A stretch of 64,000 nucleotides of DNA from an uncultured Nitrososphaerales archaeon (lineage in GTDB: Archaea > Thermoproteota > Nitrososphaeria > Nitrososphaerales > Nitrososphaeraceae): positions 1 to 64,000 of the forward strand of contig CAVPXM010000013.1 of the NCBI GenBank assembly GCA_963709405.1, given 5' to 3'. The position numbers were made by a program, and so were the translations under genes. The notes under the pieces were generated by a model. That model had not been told where the DNA came from and did not search any database. It saw only the letters and a program-made list of their open reading frames with translations. Position 1 is the stretch's first letter, and every line of letters starts with the position of its first letter. Positions 47,533 to 57,503 of the stretch are shown in pieces.

Positions 47533-49281
47533 ATGAGCCCTAACGAAATACTTTATCCTGACCCACATATAATTCCAGTACCACCTTCACCATCTTACCA
47601 ACAACCAATACCTCTCGTGACACTATCTGAGCTAATTCCAGGCAAGTATGTATCTACAACAGCAAGAATTGTTTACGTCAAGACTGTGGAAAGACAGGAT
47701 GCTCTTGGAAGCAAAACAATTTTTTCTGGAATATTAGAAGATTCTACTTTCAAGGTTCCTTTTATTAGCCACAAAATTTCATATCCTCTGATAAGAAATT
47801 CTATTTATAAGTTCAATTCTTCATACGTACATGAATTTCCTGTTGATAAATCTCTATTACTTGTACTGACTGAACATACAAAGATTGACTCAAAGAACGT
47901 TGAAGATTATAGAGATTTCATTTGGAGTCCAAAGATAGAATCAATAAAAAGACCAGTTAGAAGTGTTAGTTTGAACGGAATAATAACTACTGTACATAAC
48001 AATTCTGGGCTTATTAAAAGATGCAACAAATGTAAATCAATAATTTATGATACTTGTCCAAACAAATGTCCTTTAGATCAAGGCTGGGGTTGGGACCTAA
48101 GAGTTTCTTCTAGAGTGTATGATGGCTCAGGCTCAATTAAGATGGTTTTGACTAAAGACATAGCATCAAGAGTTTTGCATAGAAACCTAAGTGAGCTAAT
48201 TTTACTTGCATCACAGGATAAACCCCTGACGCAGAACATACAACAGCAATCGTCCTCTGTAAAAATAAAAATTCCAGAGAGTATAGAAATAATAGAGGCG
48301 GTAACAGAGAACACATCCTCTTCCTACAGAAGTAATGGAAAACTTATTGTAACTGACGGAAGAAACCTAGTTTTCTTTCCCTCAGAATTGGAAGAAGAGG
48401 AAGCACACAAGTTCTCAGAGCATGTCAAAAGACTACTAAAGACTTCCGACGTAGAAGATAGAAAGATAATCAGAAAGCTGATTGAAAAAGCACTTGACAT
48501 TAGCATCAAAAAAGTAACGAGTATGAGAATGATGCAGGGAATTTATCTTCTAGAAGAACCAATTTCCTTGTATAGATGTGAAAGGGCAAAACTATACCTT
48601 GGATTTTCTATTAGAGTGAGTTTGATAGATGACGGTATAGTCACAGTCGAAGCAACCCCCCAAGCCTACGTCAGAGAAAGTGTACTTGATTATGTTAAAC
48701 TAAGAAGAGAAAGAGGGGCAACTGCAAATGCCGTAGTACGTAATTTGTTGACATATAGAAACAAGGTAATAGTTGCACCATCTGGAAATTACGGCTGTAT
48801 TGTCGATGTCGTTGCCAAAAAGGCGGGGAACCAACAGGTATCTAACACTGACAATAGGAATTTGGTAGAATTCTGGAAACAAGTATACGGTATTGAGATT
48901 TCACCTGATGAAATTCCTCTACTAAAAGTAAAGATGATGAATTCTGAAAATGTTTTTACTTATCCCCCTAGTATGTCCTTTTTTGGTAATGATTCTTTAC
49001 TTATTTACGCAAATGTCCAGAGATTTATTGAAAATAAAAAATATAACCTAAAAGCAAAAATGGAAGATGTTGTCAGAGAAATACTACAGCAAGATCTAGC
49101 TATTGGCTCCGTAAAGCTAGAAGTAGAGGGATTAGCTGCTTCCCAACATTCGGATGTACAAAGCCAGCTCCTGCATGAAATAAGACAAAAATTGTTTGGA
49201 AGGAATGCTACAGCAAGAGGCTCAATTATGTTTGTACACGATGAGCTATGGTTTTTTCCTAATCAGATACAGCTTTTATAA
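47533..49281 (+). CDS. RPA-like OB/Zn-finger protein carrying an Argonaute-like N-L1-PAZ insertion
   Basis: OB1 aa ~28-120; OB2 with SGLIKRCNKC...CPNKC...DLRVSSRVYDGSG; L1-like LYLGFSIRV...RESVLDY; PAZ-like NLVEFWKQVYGIEI..DEIPLLKV...FTYPPS. Confidence 0.72.
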   Translation: MSPNEILYPDPHIIPVPPSPSYQQPIPLVTLSELIPGKYVSTTARIVYVKTVERQDALGSKTIFSGILEDSTFKVPFISHKISYPLIRNSIYKFNSSYVHEFPVDKSLLLVLTEHTKIDSKNVEDYRDFIWSPKIESIKRPVRSVSLNGIITTVHNNSGLIKRCNKCKSIIYDTCPNKCPLDQGWGWDLRVSSRVYDGSGSIKMVLTKDIASRVLHRNLSELILLASQDKPLTQNIQQQSSSVKIKIPESIEIIEAVTENTSSSYRSNGKLIVTDGRNLVFFPSELEEEEAHKFSEHVKRLLKTSDVEDRKIIRKLIEKALDISIKKVTSMRMMQGIYLLEEPISLYRCERAKLYLGFSIRVSLIDDGIVTVEATPQAYVRESVLDYVKLRRERGATANAVVRNLLTYRNKVIVAPSGNYGCIVDVVAKKAGNQQVSNTDNRNLVEFWKQVYGIEISPDEIPLLKVKMMNSENVFTYPPSMSFFGNDSLLIYANVQRFIENKKYNLKAKMEDVVREILQQDLAIGSVKLEVEGLAASQHSDVQSQLLHEIRQKLFGRNATARGSIMFVHDELWFFPNQIQLL

Positions 49282-49282
49282 T

Positions 49283-50072
49283 ATGTCATTTAACATGCAT
49301 TCTGCGTTAGAGCAATTCAATGAACATAGAAACACTTTGAAGATGACAACGGGATCTGCAGACCTTGACTCACTTATAGATGGTATACAGGAAGGTCTAT
49401 TCTATCTGTTTTATGGCAATAATCGCTTGGCTCTAGATGCACTAGTCTATACATTTCTTGTCAACTGTGTGCTGCCAATAAAACAAAGATATGGCTTTGA
49501 GTCAATGGCAGTTTGTCTTAATAATGTAGATTATTGTGATCAAAGAAAGACAGCTGCACTAAGCCCAGAGAAAATAGGAGTTGGCAGCAAAATGTGCTAA
49601 TATAGACCCAAAGATTATTTTTAAGAACCTATATGTTCACCCCGCATATAACCAGCAGCATCAACTAACGGTAGCAGAGCAAGTTGCTGACCTAATAGAA
49701 TCTAACAATGACATAAACCTGCTGGTAGTGAATAACATAACGAAATTCTTCCGCGAATCAAAAAATAAAATGGAAACTGCCAATATTCTAAAGGAAGTAG
49801 TAGGGATAATTAGCAGGGCCCGTACCAAAAACAAAGTGGCTGTGGCGTGTACTGGAGATGCAAATACAACGGCCAAAGGAATAATACCACGACCAATTGG
49901 TGGTATATACTTAAAACATACAGCAAATGTAATTGTACATTTCAAAGAATTCTCCAAGACCTCCGGTATCCCTTCATTTAAGGCCACGCTAATAAAGCAT
50001 CAATACACAAAGACTCCAAAATCTGCAGTTATGTATGTAAGAAAAGCTGGGGGAATGATGCTTTTAGATTGA
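49283..50072 (+). pseudogene. Inactive RadA/Rad51-like ATPase, one frameshift near 49580 (may be a sequence error)
   Basis: MTTGSADLDSLIDGIQEG RecA-fold start, Walker A replaced by FYGNNRLALD, Walker B LLVVNN, PRPIGGIYLKH. Confidence 0.8.
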
Positions 50073-50085
50073 GAGGTGTTGGAAA

Positions 50086-50445
50086 ATGGGCAGAATAACA
50101 CCATCATTTCGTCAATTGTATGAAGAAATAATATCAGAGCTAAGAACAGAGCTGCAGGCAGCGCTTGTAGATCTAGGCCACAAAAGTGCCTTTGACCTTC
50201 TGTTAAAAGAAGCCTGGAATCCGGAGCAGGCGGCTATGGGGAATTCTACGTTACCAACAGTAAGCGACAAACTTAACTTCATGGCATCTATCCATAATAG
50301 AAAACTAATTGCGGCATTATCAAGAGAATTAAAAGAAAAGGATTTGGAGATACAAGAACTCAGACAGAATATCAACTCGCTTGAAAATAAAATAAATGCT
50401 TTGGCTACTAAAACCAAACAAGTGGAAAAACAGGAGGTCCAATAA
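50086..50445 (+). CDS. arCOG07300-like small helical partner of PolB2
   Basis: MGRITPSFR N-terminus, position directly before PolB2, GAGGTG SD. Confidence 0.75.
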   Translation: MGRITPSFRQLYEEIISELRTELQAALVDLGHKSAFDLLLKEAWNPEQAAMGNSTLPTVSDKLNFMASIHNRKLIAALSRELKEKDLEIQELRQNINSLENKINALATKTKQVEKQEVQ

Positions 50446-52637
50446 CGACGACCCGTTGCACTGGATGGCTTCTTGATGTATCTATTGACAACGATCATGC
50501 AATACTATGGATAAAGACCGAAGATGGACAAATCCTTAAACTAAGAGACTCATATCATCCAGGATTCTATATATTACCAAGAAACGAATCCGATGAATTA
50601 CATCTTTTTCAAATTCTATCTAGAGAAGAAGATATAACGGTAAGGGAGGAAAACAAGCTTACAAACCTTTTTGATAGTAGGAAGCAAACAAGACTAATTT
50701 ACGTACAATTACATTCCTTAAGATATTATCAATCTCTGCTAAAGAAGCTAGCTGAACATTCTCAAGTAAAGCAATTGTTCAATGCAGACCTTTTACACGT
50801 CCAACAATATCTCTTTACTAAATTAAAAATTGAACCTACAAGCAAAGTGAAGGTAGAATACAATGGATCAAAGCTACTTGGAGCAGATAAGGTTGATGAC
50901 ACCGATGATTTACATTCTCCCCCGTTTTCATTACTATATTTTGACCTTCATACGTATTCAGGAATACTTGCTTCAGATGACGCTATCAGGATGATTAAGG
51001 TAAGATATGAACAAAACGATGTCATATTTAATAATAGTGAAGAAAAGGTAATTTTGCAACAGTTCTCTGATTGTGTTCACGAAAAAAATCCTGACATTAT
51101 TGTTTGCATGGACAATTATGATGATGGTAAAGTGCTTCGGTATCTATTTGCCAGAGCAAAGAAGATTGGATTTCATTTGCTGCTTGGAAGGGATGCAGAA
51201 TTCAACGGAAGGATTTGCATCAGCAACAGTAGTTATAGAAAGACAACATACTTTGATGAATTCGGGTTTGCTGGATTAATAGAGCGAGCAAGATTTGGCT
51301 TTCTTCCTTTGGATTTGGCAGCCAAATATAGTATAAACCGTCTAATCGATGGCAGGAATTGTTTTGAACTAATTCAGAGAGAATTTATTATTCCTTCTAG
51401 GGGCAACAATCATGAGCATGTCAGAACTGTAGAGCAAATAATTTCAGGAGATAAGGGGGCTATGATAATTTCTCCGCAAATAGGTCTGCATGAAAATGTG
51501 CTTGCTTTAGACTATGATAGTGAATATGCAAATCTAATTGTAAACCACAATTTGAGCTATGAAACTGTTGGCGGGGAAACCATCCATCATCCAAAGAAAG
51601 GATTACTTCCTAGCATAGTTGAGCGATTCCTCAAAAGACGACTATATTTTAAAAAATTGTTAAAAGAAATACCCAGAGACAGTATAGAATCTGTATGGTG
51701 TGAGCAAAGAGTAAATTCACTAAAGAATATACTTGTTTGCCTTTATGGTTCAACTGGTTCTCTTTGGAATAGGTATGGAAATGTGCTTGCATTTGAGGAA
51801 ATCAATAGGCTATCTCGAGGAGTACTGATAAAAACAAAAGATATTGTACAATGGCTAGGTTATGAGCTAGTATATGCAGATACTGACTCTGTATTTATCA
51901 AGAGAACAGAATCTGCTAGAGATTATAATGAAGCTATAGGTACCCTTTCAAAGCAAACTGGTCTTTCAATATCAATTGACTACCATTACAAGTTTTTAGT
52001 TTTATTACCATTAGAAGCAGATGAAAGGATAGAAGTACTCAAACATTACTTTGGAATTACTTTTGACGGTGAGCTAGTGGTTAGAGGTATAGAGATAAGA
52101 AGACACGACGTCCCCGCTTTTATAAAGCAATTTCAAACCAACCTTCTTTATACGCTATTTGATTGCAAAGATTCATCTGAAATACTATCAAAAGGATATG
52201 AAAATGCTCTTTTACTTGTCACTCAAGCGATTGATGCGATCATGACGGGGGAAGGGATTGATGATAAAGATCTTGTAATCTCCAAGTTGCTGAGACAGGA
52301 TATACAAAAATACAAGAGTTTATTCCCCCATGTGTCTGCGGCTATTCAACTAAAAAAGTATCCTCTAAAAGGTGACACAATTCAGTATATTTACACAGAT
52401 TCAAAGCATAACAATCCTCTTTGTAGAGTAGTTCCTATAGAAAATACTAAATCTCTGCCCCAGGACGATAAAGAAAAGTACAAAGAAATGATACTTGATG
52501 CTGCAGAAACAGTTCTAGGATTTTTTGGCTTTGATAGGACTGTTTACAGCAATTTCAAGAGGAATACGAGAAGAAAAAAGTGGTATGAAGAATTAAGAGA
52601 ACAGAGAGTAAGTGACATAGAAACGGAGATGCTTTGA
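50442..52637 (+). CDS. polB2: Family B DNA polymerase, PolB2-like (frame open from 50442, about 731 aa)
   Basis: GWLLDV N-terminus in frame upstream of the listed ORF; DYDSEY, KNILVCLYG, YADTDS, VRGIEIRRHD; degenerate exonuclease motifs. Confidence 0.88.
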   Translation: MTTTRCTGWLLDVSIDNDHAILWIKTEDGQILKLRDSYHPGFYILPRNESDELHLFQILSREEDITVREENKLTNLFDSRKQTRLIYVQLHSLRYYQSLLKKLAEHSQVKQLFNADLLHVQQYLFTKLKIEPTSKVKVEYNGSKLLGADKVDDTDDLHSPPFSLLYFDLHTYSGILASDDAIRMIKVRYEQNDVIFNNSEEKVILQQFSDCVHEKNPDIIVCMDNYDDGKVLRYLFARAKKIGFHLLLGRDAEFNGRICISNSSYRKTTYFDEFGFAGLIERARFGFLPLDLAAKYSINRLIDGRNCFELIQREFIIPSRGNNHEHVRTVEQIISGDKGAMIISPQIGLHENVLALDYDSEYANLIVNHNLSYETVGGETIHHPKKGLLPSIVERFLKRRLYFKKLLKEIPRDSIESVWCEQRVNSLKNILVCLYGSTGSLWNRYGNVLAFEEINRLSRGVLIKTKDIVQWLGYELVYADTDSVFIKRTESARDYNEAIGTLSKQTGLSISIDYHYKFLVLLPLEADERIEVLKHYFGITFDGELVVRGIEIRRHDVPAFIKQFQTNLLYTLFDCKDSSEILSKGYENALLLVTQAIDAIMTGEGIDDKDLVISKLLRQDIQKYKSLFPHVSAAIQLKKYPLKGDTIQYIYTDSKHNNPLCRVVPIENTKSLPQDDKEKYKEMILDAAETVLGFFGFDRTVYSNFKRNTRRKKWYEELREQRVSDIETEML

Positions 52638-52879
52638 TGAAGACAAAAGGAGTTCTCGTGTATATTTCATACATATGAGCTTATCCTATGTATCTGATAA
52701 GTATCCTTAATTGAATCATCATATAAAAAATATCATAAAGGCATTAGAATAACCAAGGACAAAATTAAGAAATATGCTTTTGCCTATGTGCAGTTAATAA
52801 ATTAAGATATATCTTTCAATCAGGTTGGTTCGACTTAAATCTTCAACTGAAATAGCTCCCTAGAGTCACCTTGATACCA

Positions 52880-53275
52880 CGAGCTGTAACTTCTACTGCG
52901 TATCTGAATTTTTTGTCTAATTCAGGTATGATATCTCTCAAACTATTCATACCTTCAACTATACCTGTCGAGGGTGGTAACTATATCAATAATGCTAAAA
53001 TTTTGTCTTCAAGGTTAGCTATAGAAGAAAAGAACAATTTCAGTTCTCTTTCTACATCTTTTAGCCTTTTATCATGAGTTATGACTCTTGGAAATTTGGC
53101 AGCAAATCTAAAATGGTCAGGAGTCTTTTTGCACCAATTCTTACCATAAATTCGTTAGGAATCCTGTAGAAAGAAGAATCAATTTCGACAAAATCAAATA
53201 CTTGAGAATAATAACTTAACCACTTGGAATTTTCCAGATTGAGAGGATAAAATGGTCCTTGCCATGCTGAATAAC
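52880..53275 (-). pseudogene. DUF72 (YecE-like) protein fragment
   Basis: WQGPFYP, LSYYSQVFDFVEIDSSFYRIP, TPDHFRFAAKFPRVITH; frameshift, stop, both ends missing. Confidence 0.85.
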
Positions 53276-53582
53276 ATAATACGTCGTTTACAGAAAAGAC
53301 AATGCACAGTTCGTTCCCATGAATCGATAACTGACAAGTTACTGTAGTATAATACATCATATCTAAGCTATATGTAGCGCAAATCGAGAGCAATTAGAAT
53401 ACAACATTTAATATCCGACCAGGACGCAACTGTTATACTTCAAGCCGATCTCGAATCCTAGAAGTACATCTTATATAATTTATTCCTGTAGTAGGTCTTA
53501 TGGAAGGTGTAAAGAATCATGCATTTATTAGAAATATAGTCTATGGAACACTGCTTTTCCGCCGACAAGAAGGAGAGAAACA

Positions 53583-54388
53583 ATGACCGACCACAAGATC
53601 GGAACACGTGAAGAGTGGCTTGCGGCCAGGCTAGATCTGCTAAAGGCCGAGAAGGAGCTGACGCGACGTAGCGACGAACTGGCGCAGTGGCGGCAGAGGC
53701 TGCCGTGGGTTCGAATTGATAAGGAATACCGTTTCGAGACCGACGAGGGCACCGCGTCCCTAGCCGATCTCTTCAGAGGACGTTCGCAGCTCCTCGTCTA
53801 TCACTTCATGTTCGGCCCCGAGTACACAGGCGGACTGCCCGGCGTGCTCGGCCATCGCGGACGGCTTCAACGGTTTTGCTGTGCATCTCGAACACCACGA
53901 CGTCGCGATGATCGGGGTCTCACGTGCTCCGATCGCCGCGTTGCAGGCCTACAAGCGCCGCATGGGCTGGACGTTCAGGTGGGCCTCGTCGCTGGATAGC
54001 GATTTCAACTATGACTTCAACACGTCGTTCACAGAAGAGCAGCGAGCTCTCCGGCAACCTGTACTATAACTACCACAAGGGTGGCATAACCTCAGGTTCG
54101 GAGGCCGGCTCAGAGGGCAGTCAAGACCGGCGTCAAGCTGATTTGGCGCTGACGCCAAAAGTGTTCGCTGCCATGACCGGAACCGACATCCCCACTTACA
54201 CTCGCGAGGCGCCGGGCATGAGCGCGTTCGCGCTCTCCGACGGCGTCGTCTACCACACCTACTCCACCTACGCTCGCGGTCTCGACGCACTCTGGGGAAT
54301 GTACCAGTGGCTTGACCGCGCACCGAAGGGGCGTAATGAAACTGGGCCATGGTTTCGGCGGCACGACGAGTACACGGAGAATAGCTAA
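53583..54388 (+). pseudogene. DUF899 thioredoxin-like protein, high GC, two frameshifts
   Basis: REEWLAARLDLLKAEKELTR, QLLVYHFMFGP, VYHTYSTYARG, LDRAPKGRNE. Confidence 0.92.
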
Positions 54389-55004
54389 TATGGCCTAGCC
54401 TAGCCTGCGTCTTCCGCACTATTACATACATCTACTGTATTACCTGCCACAGATAGACATCCTTTCATAAATCCTCTCTCGTATGCGCTACCACATGTAC
54501 CTGAATGTACCCTGATTGAATGGATCATTCAGACCATAGTTGATTCCTTGTTGGAAACAAGAGCCATGTACTTTTCTTGCGTTGATGTTGTTCTCCGGCG
54601 AAAAGATCAATAGCACTAATGCTAGTTTAAGATCACGACAGATTTCATTATTACAGTTCTGTCTTTCAACCATCGTCTATACACCTGTAAAAAAATAGTT
54701 AGCCTGGATTAAAACATTAATCATGGAAGGGACCAAAAGTACACGGGACTCCGTTTACGTCAATACTTACACTATCTTCTCGATTTGTGTAGGTTAATTG
54801 GCTCGTTTTCTTACATTTTGCTATTACTGCATCTGACATGGCCGGCCCTACCACAATTGCTGCCTACTAACGCTGCTAATGCTAATTCTATTACAAAGGA
54901 TATTGTTTCAACCTATCACTTTTATAATATATGCATAGTGTTGAACATTTGCCCAATTAATTTAGAATAAGAAATATGTGACTACGATGTGTAAGCACAT
55001 CCTG

Positions 55005-55622
55005 TTCTTTATGCTGAAAGCATATTAGATAAAGGTCATCCTGAACAGATATCAGTGAAGGAAGCATCAAAAGATCCTGTCTTTCAGACTTTGGTTGGTG
55101 GCAACCTGACTCAGCTTCCTCTCAACCAGACTAACGTTACTGACAATCGCAAAGGTACATTACCTGAACAAAACAACACGAATAATGATTTAATTAGTAT
55201 TGAAAATCAGCTTAAGCCTGCACTTGTAAGAGTATATGAAAATGATACATCTCCAAATGCCTCACTGCTGTCAGCCAAATGCATAAACATCTTTGGTTGC
55301 CCTAGTTATGGAAAATCGTTTTCTGCCCTGGGTAGTGTCAATAGCATGATAGGGAACGTGACTTCAAATATCGGTATCCTGATACTCGTAGGAAAAAATG
55401 ATAGCCAAACCCCCACTTGAACAAGCGTCGCTGTTACAACAAAGATTAACAGAAGTAAATCATCCTGACCATCTAATGATTGTCTTTCCAGGTCTTGGAC
55501 ATACATTTGTCCCTTCCAATCAATGGATAACCTCACACGGTCAAATGGAAGAATATGTATTTCAGGATATATATGAATGGCTCACATCTCCCGCAAGAGA
55601 GGTCAATGAAGAGGTACGGTAA
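55005..55622 (+). pseudogene. Alpha/beta hydrolase C-terminal fragment
   Basis: GKNDSQTP, HPDH..IVFPGLGH, QDIYEWL; same family as 42170-42921. Confidence 0.75.
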
Positions 55623-56034
55623 AAAAACGACCTTGGCACTAAAGATATCAACTATTCGATATCTTTCATTGAGAATAATAAAGTGGTACAATGATGTAGA
55701 GATAGTCGAACTAGAGCAACACATGGTTCTGGCCCTGATGTTACAAACATAAGACAGATAGACAAAGACTTCAAAGCGTTATGGCCTTTTACTTATAGAA
55801 TAGTTAACGAATCTCGAGAGACGATCCAGGTTGTTGATAGGAATCCAGATAATCTACTAATGAAATGGATTCCTGATACTTTAACACCAAAGGAATGTAT
55901 TAAACGATTAATTAAGAAACGAACTGGATTATGATGTTAACCATGGCTAATGGCGTCTTTTAGAAATAAAATATCTATATACAATCCACTAAGAATATTG
56001 TTTATTAGATAGTCCAGTATTCCTCAGTAACGTA

Positions 56035-56790
56035 TTGATATACAAGACAAAATGGACGGCAATAAAATCAGTTTTTAGTCTTATTGCGCTGTTGATGTTA
56101 GCAACTCTCATAACAGCAGCAACCTCCATTCAGACAACGTTAGCACGGCCAATAATGGGCGATAGTAATATGAGCATGGCAAACGGTAGCGGCGCTGGAA
56201 TGGATTCTAATCCTATGAGCTTTGCAAACAACATGTTCAATGCATCGTCTCTATATGGTTCTGTCGGTATAAGCATGGTAAACGGAGTCAAAGTGACATC
56301 AATAAATCTTTTAGGAAATAATGAAATATCTGTAACATTGAGACATTTGGCAACGGCAGATACAGCTACTGCTAATAACGTAAATGCAAGCACCATGTCA
56401 TCACCGTCACGTGTTACAGTTACCGCAATAAGAGCACCACTGAATCTTAAAGATCTCATGGCACTCGCTTCAGAATCCAGCAAGATGATGGCACATAACA
56501 CCAATAATACAATGAGTAACCCAATGATGATGGGTGGGCCTCTGCAAGGATTTGGAGGAGCAAATAATGGCACAAACAACGTTAATCCATTGTCTTTCGT
56601 AACTGATCTTCAAATAGGCAGCAGTAGTACATCAGCTAATGCAGATTGGAGTTTACCGCAAATAGTTAGAATGGGATTGACAGGTATGATGGGCAGTACT
56701 AATACTAATAGTTCCACCGCATCTACTGCTGATTTCATTATAGTAACAGTAATTCCATATACTGGCAAATCGACTAGCCCAGCTGGATAA
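56035..56790 (+). CDS. Secreted Met/Asn/Ser-rich hypothetical protein
   Basis: Signal peptide; intact 251-aa ORF. Confidence 0.7.
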   Translation: MIYKTKWTAIKSVFSLIALLMLATLITAATSIQTTLARPIMGDSNMSMANGSGAGMDSNPMSFANNMFNASSLYGSVGISMVNGVKVTSINLLGNNEISVTLRHLATADTATANNVNASTMSSPSRVTVTAIRAPLNLKDLMALASESSKMMAHNTNNTMSNPMMMGGPLQGFGGANNGTNNVNPLSFVTDLQIGSSSTSANADWSLPQIVRMGLTGMMGSTNTNSSTASTADFIIVTVIPYTGKSTSPAG

Positions 56791-56850
56791 TCAGCGGTGG
56801 ATTACACTCATTATTTTTTGCCTCTTTCGTGCTTCATTCATTGAAGTACA

Positions 56851-57357
56851 TATAATGCAAGACAGCAAACAGCAAAACTGTTGGCAAATGCCGCATTCGG
56901 AGTTTATGGAAGTCCTAATTTCAAATATGCTAATTATAAGGTGGCTGAGACTATCACAGCAGCTGGCTGGATAATTGACGAGGATATGATAAACCTCTGT
57001 TCTGAAGAACGATTTGGATTTGAAGTGGTCTTTGGGTTTACCGATGGAATTTTAGTTAAAAATGCTACCATTGAGAAAATTAATCAGTATATCAAGGAGG
57101 CTGAACAAAAACTTGATGTTGAAATTGAACACAAAAACGGATTCTTAAATACATTGATATTTCCACAATTAAATAGATATTTAGCCCGGAGTGGTAGACC
57201 AGATGAAAAACCCATATTAAAGAATATTGATGGCATGAATAAACGCTCTCCAAAATGGGTTCAAAAATATATTGAAAAAATTGCCACATGTCTTATTACT
57301 AATCCCAGCCGTGAGCAAATCCTGAAATATACTTTTAGCATAACGCATAGTTTATAA
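56851..57357 (+). pseudogene. Second family B polymerase fragment (palm/fingers only)
   Basis: RQQTAKLLANAAFGVYG (motif B), FGFTDG (motif C variant). Confidence 0.75.
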
Positions 57358-57503
57358 AAATAGTGGGCTATAACAGAAGTGAACCATGATTATATTGACT
57401 ATTCAAAGCTATAACTCAAAAATGAATTATAAGCAGCAGTTATAAAAGAAAACTAGATCTGCCTATCATAGAATAAGTATGAGCCAAATACTTCTATAAA
57501 TTA

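Noticed and set aside
47533-52637. A complete prokaryotic Argonaute defence system
   Set aside because: No MID or PIWI domain, no APAZ/TIR/SIR2 or nuclease partner in the window; neighbours are repair genes
50442-52637. Casposon or protein-primed polymerase element
   Set aside because: No Cas1, no terminal inverted repeats, and motifs and context fit PolB2
42170-55622. One hydrolase gene split by a 12-kb insertion carrying the cassette
   Set aside because: The two fragments overlap in homologous sequence (YATQVLDKNH..AKDP vs YAESILDKGH..SKDP), so they are separate paralogs; no target duplication seen
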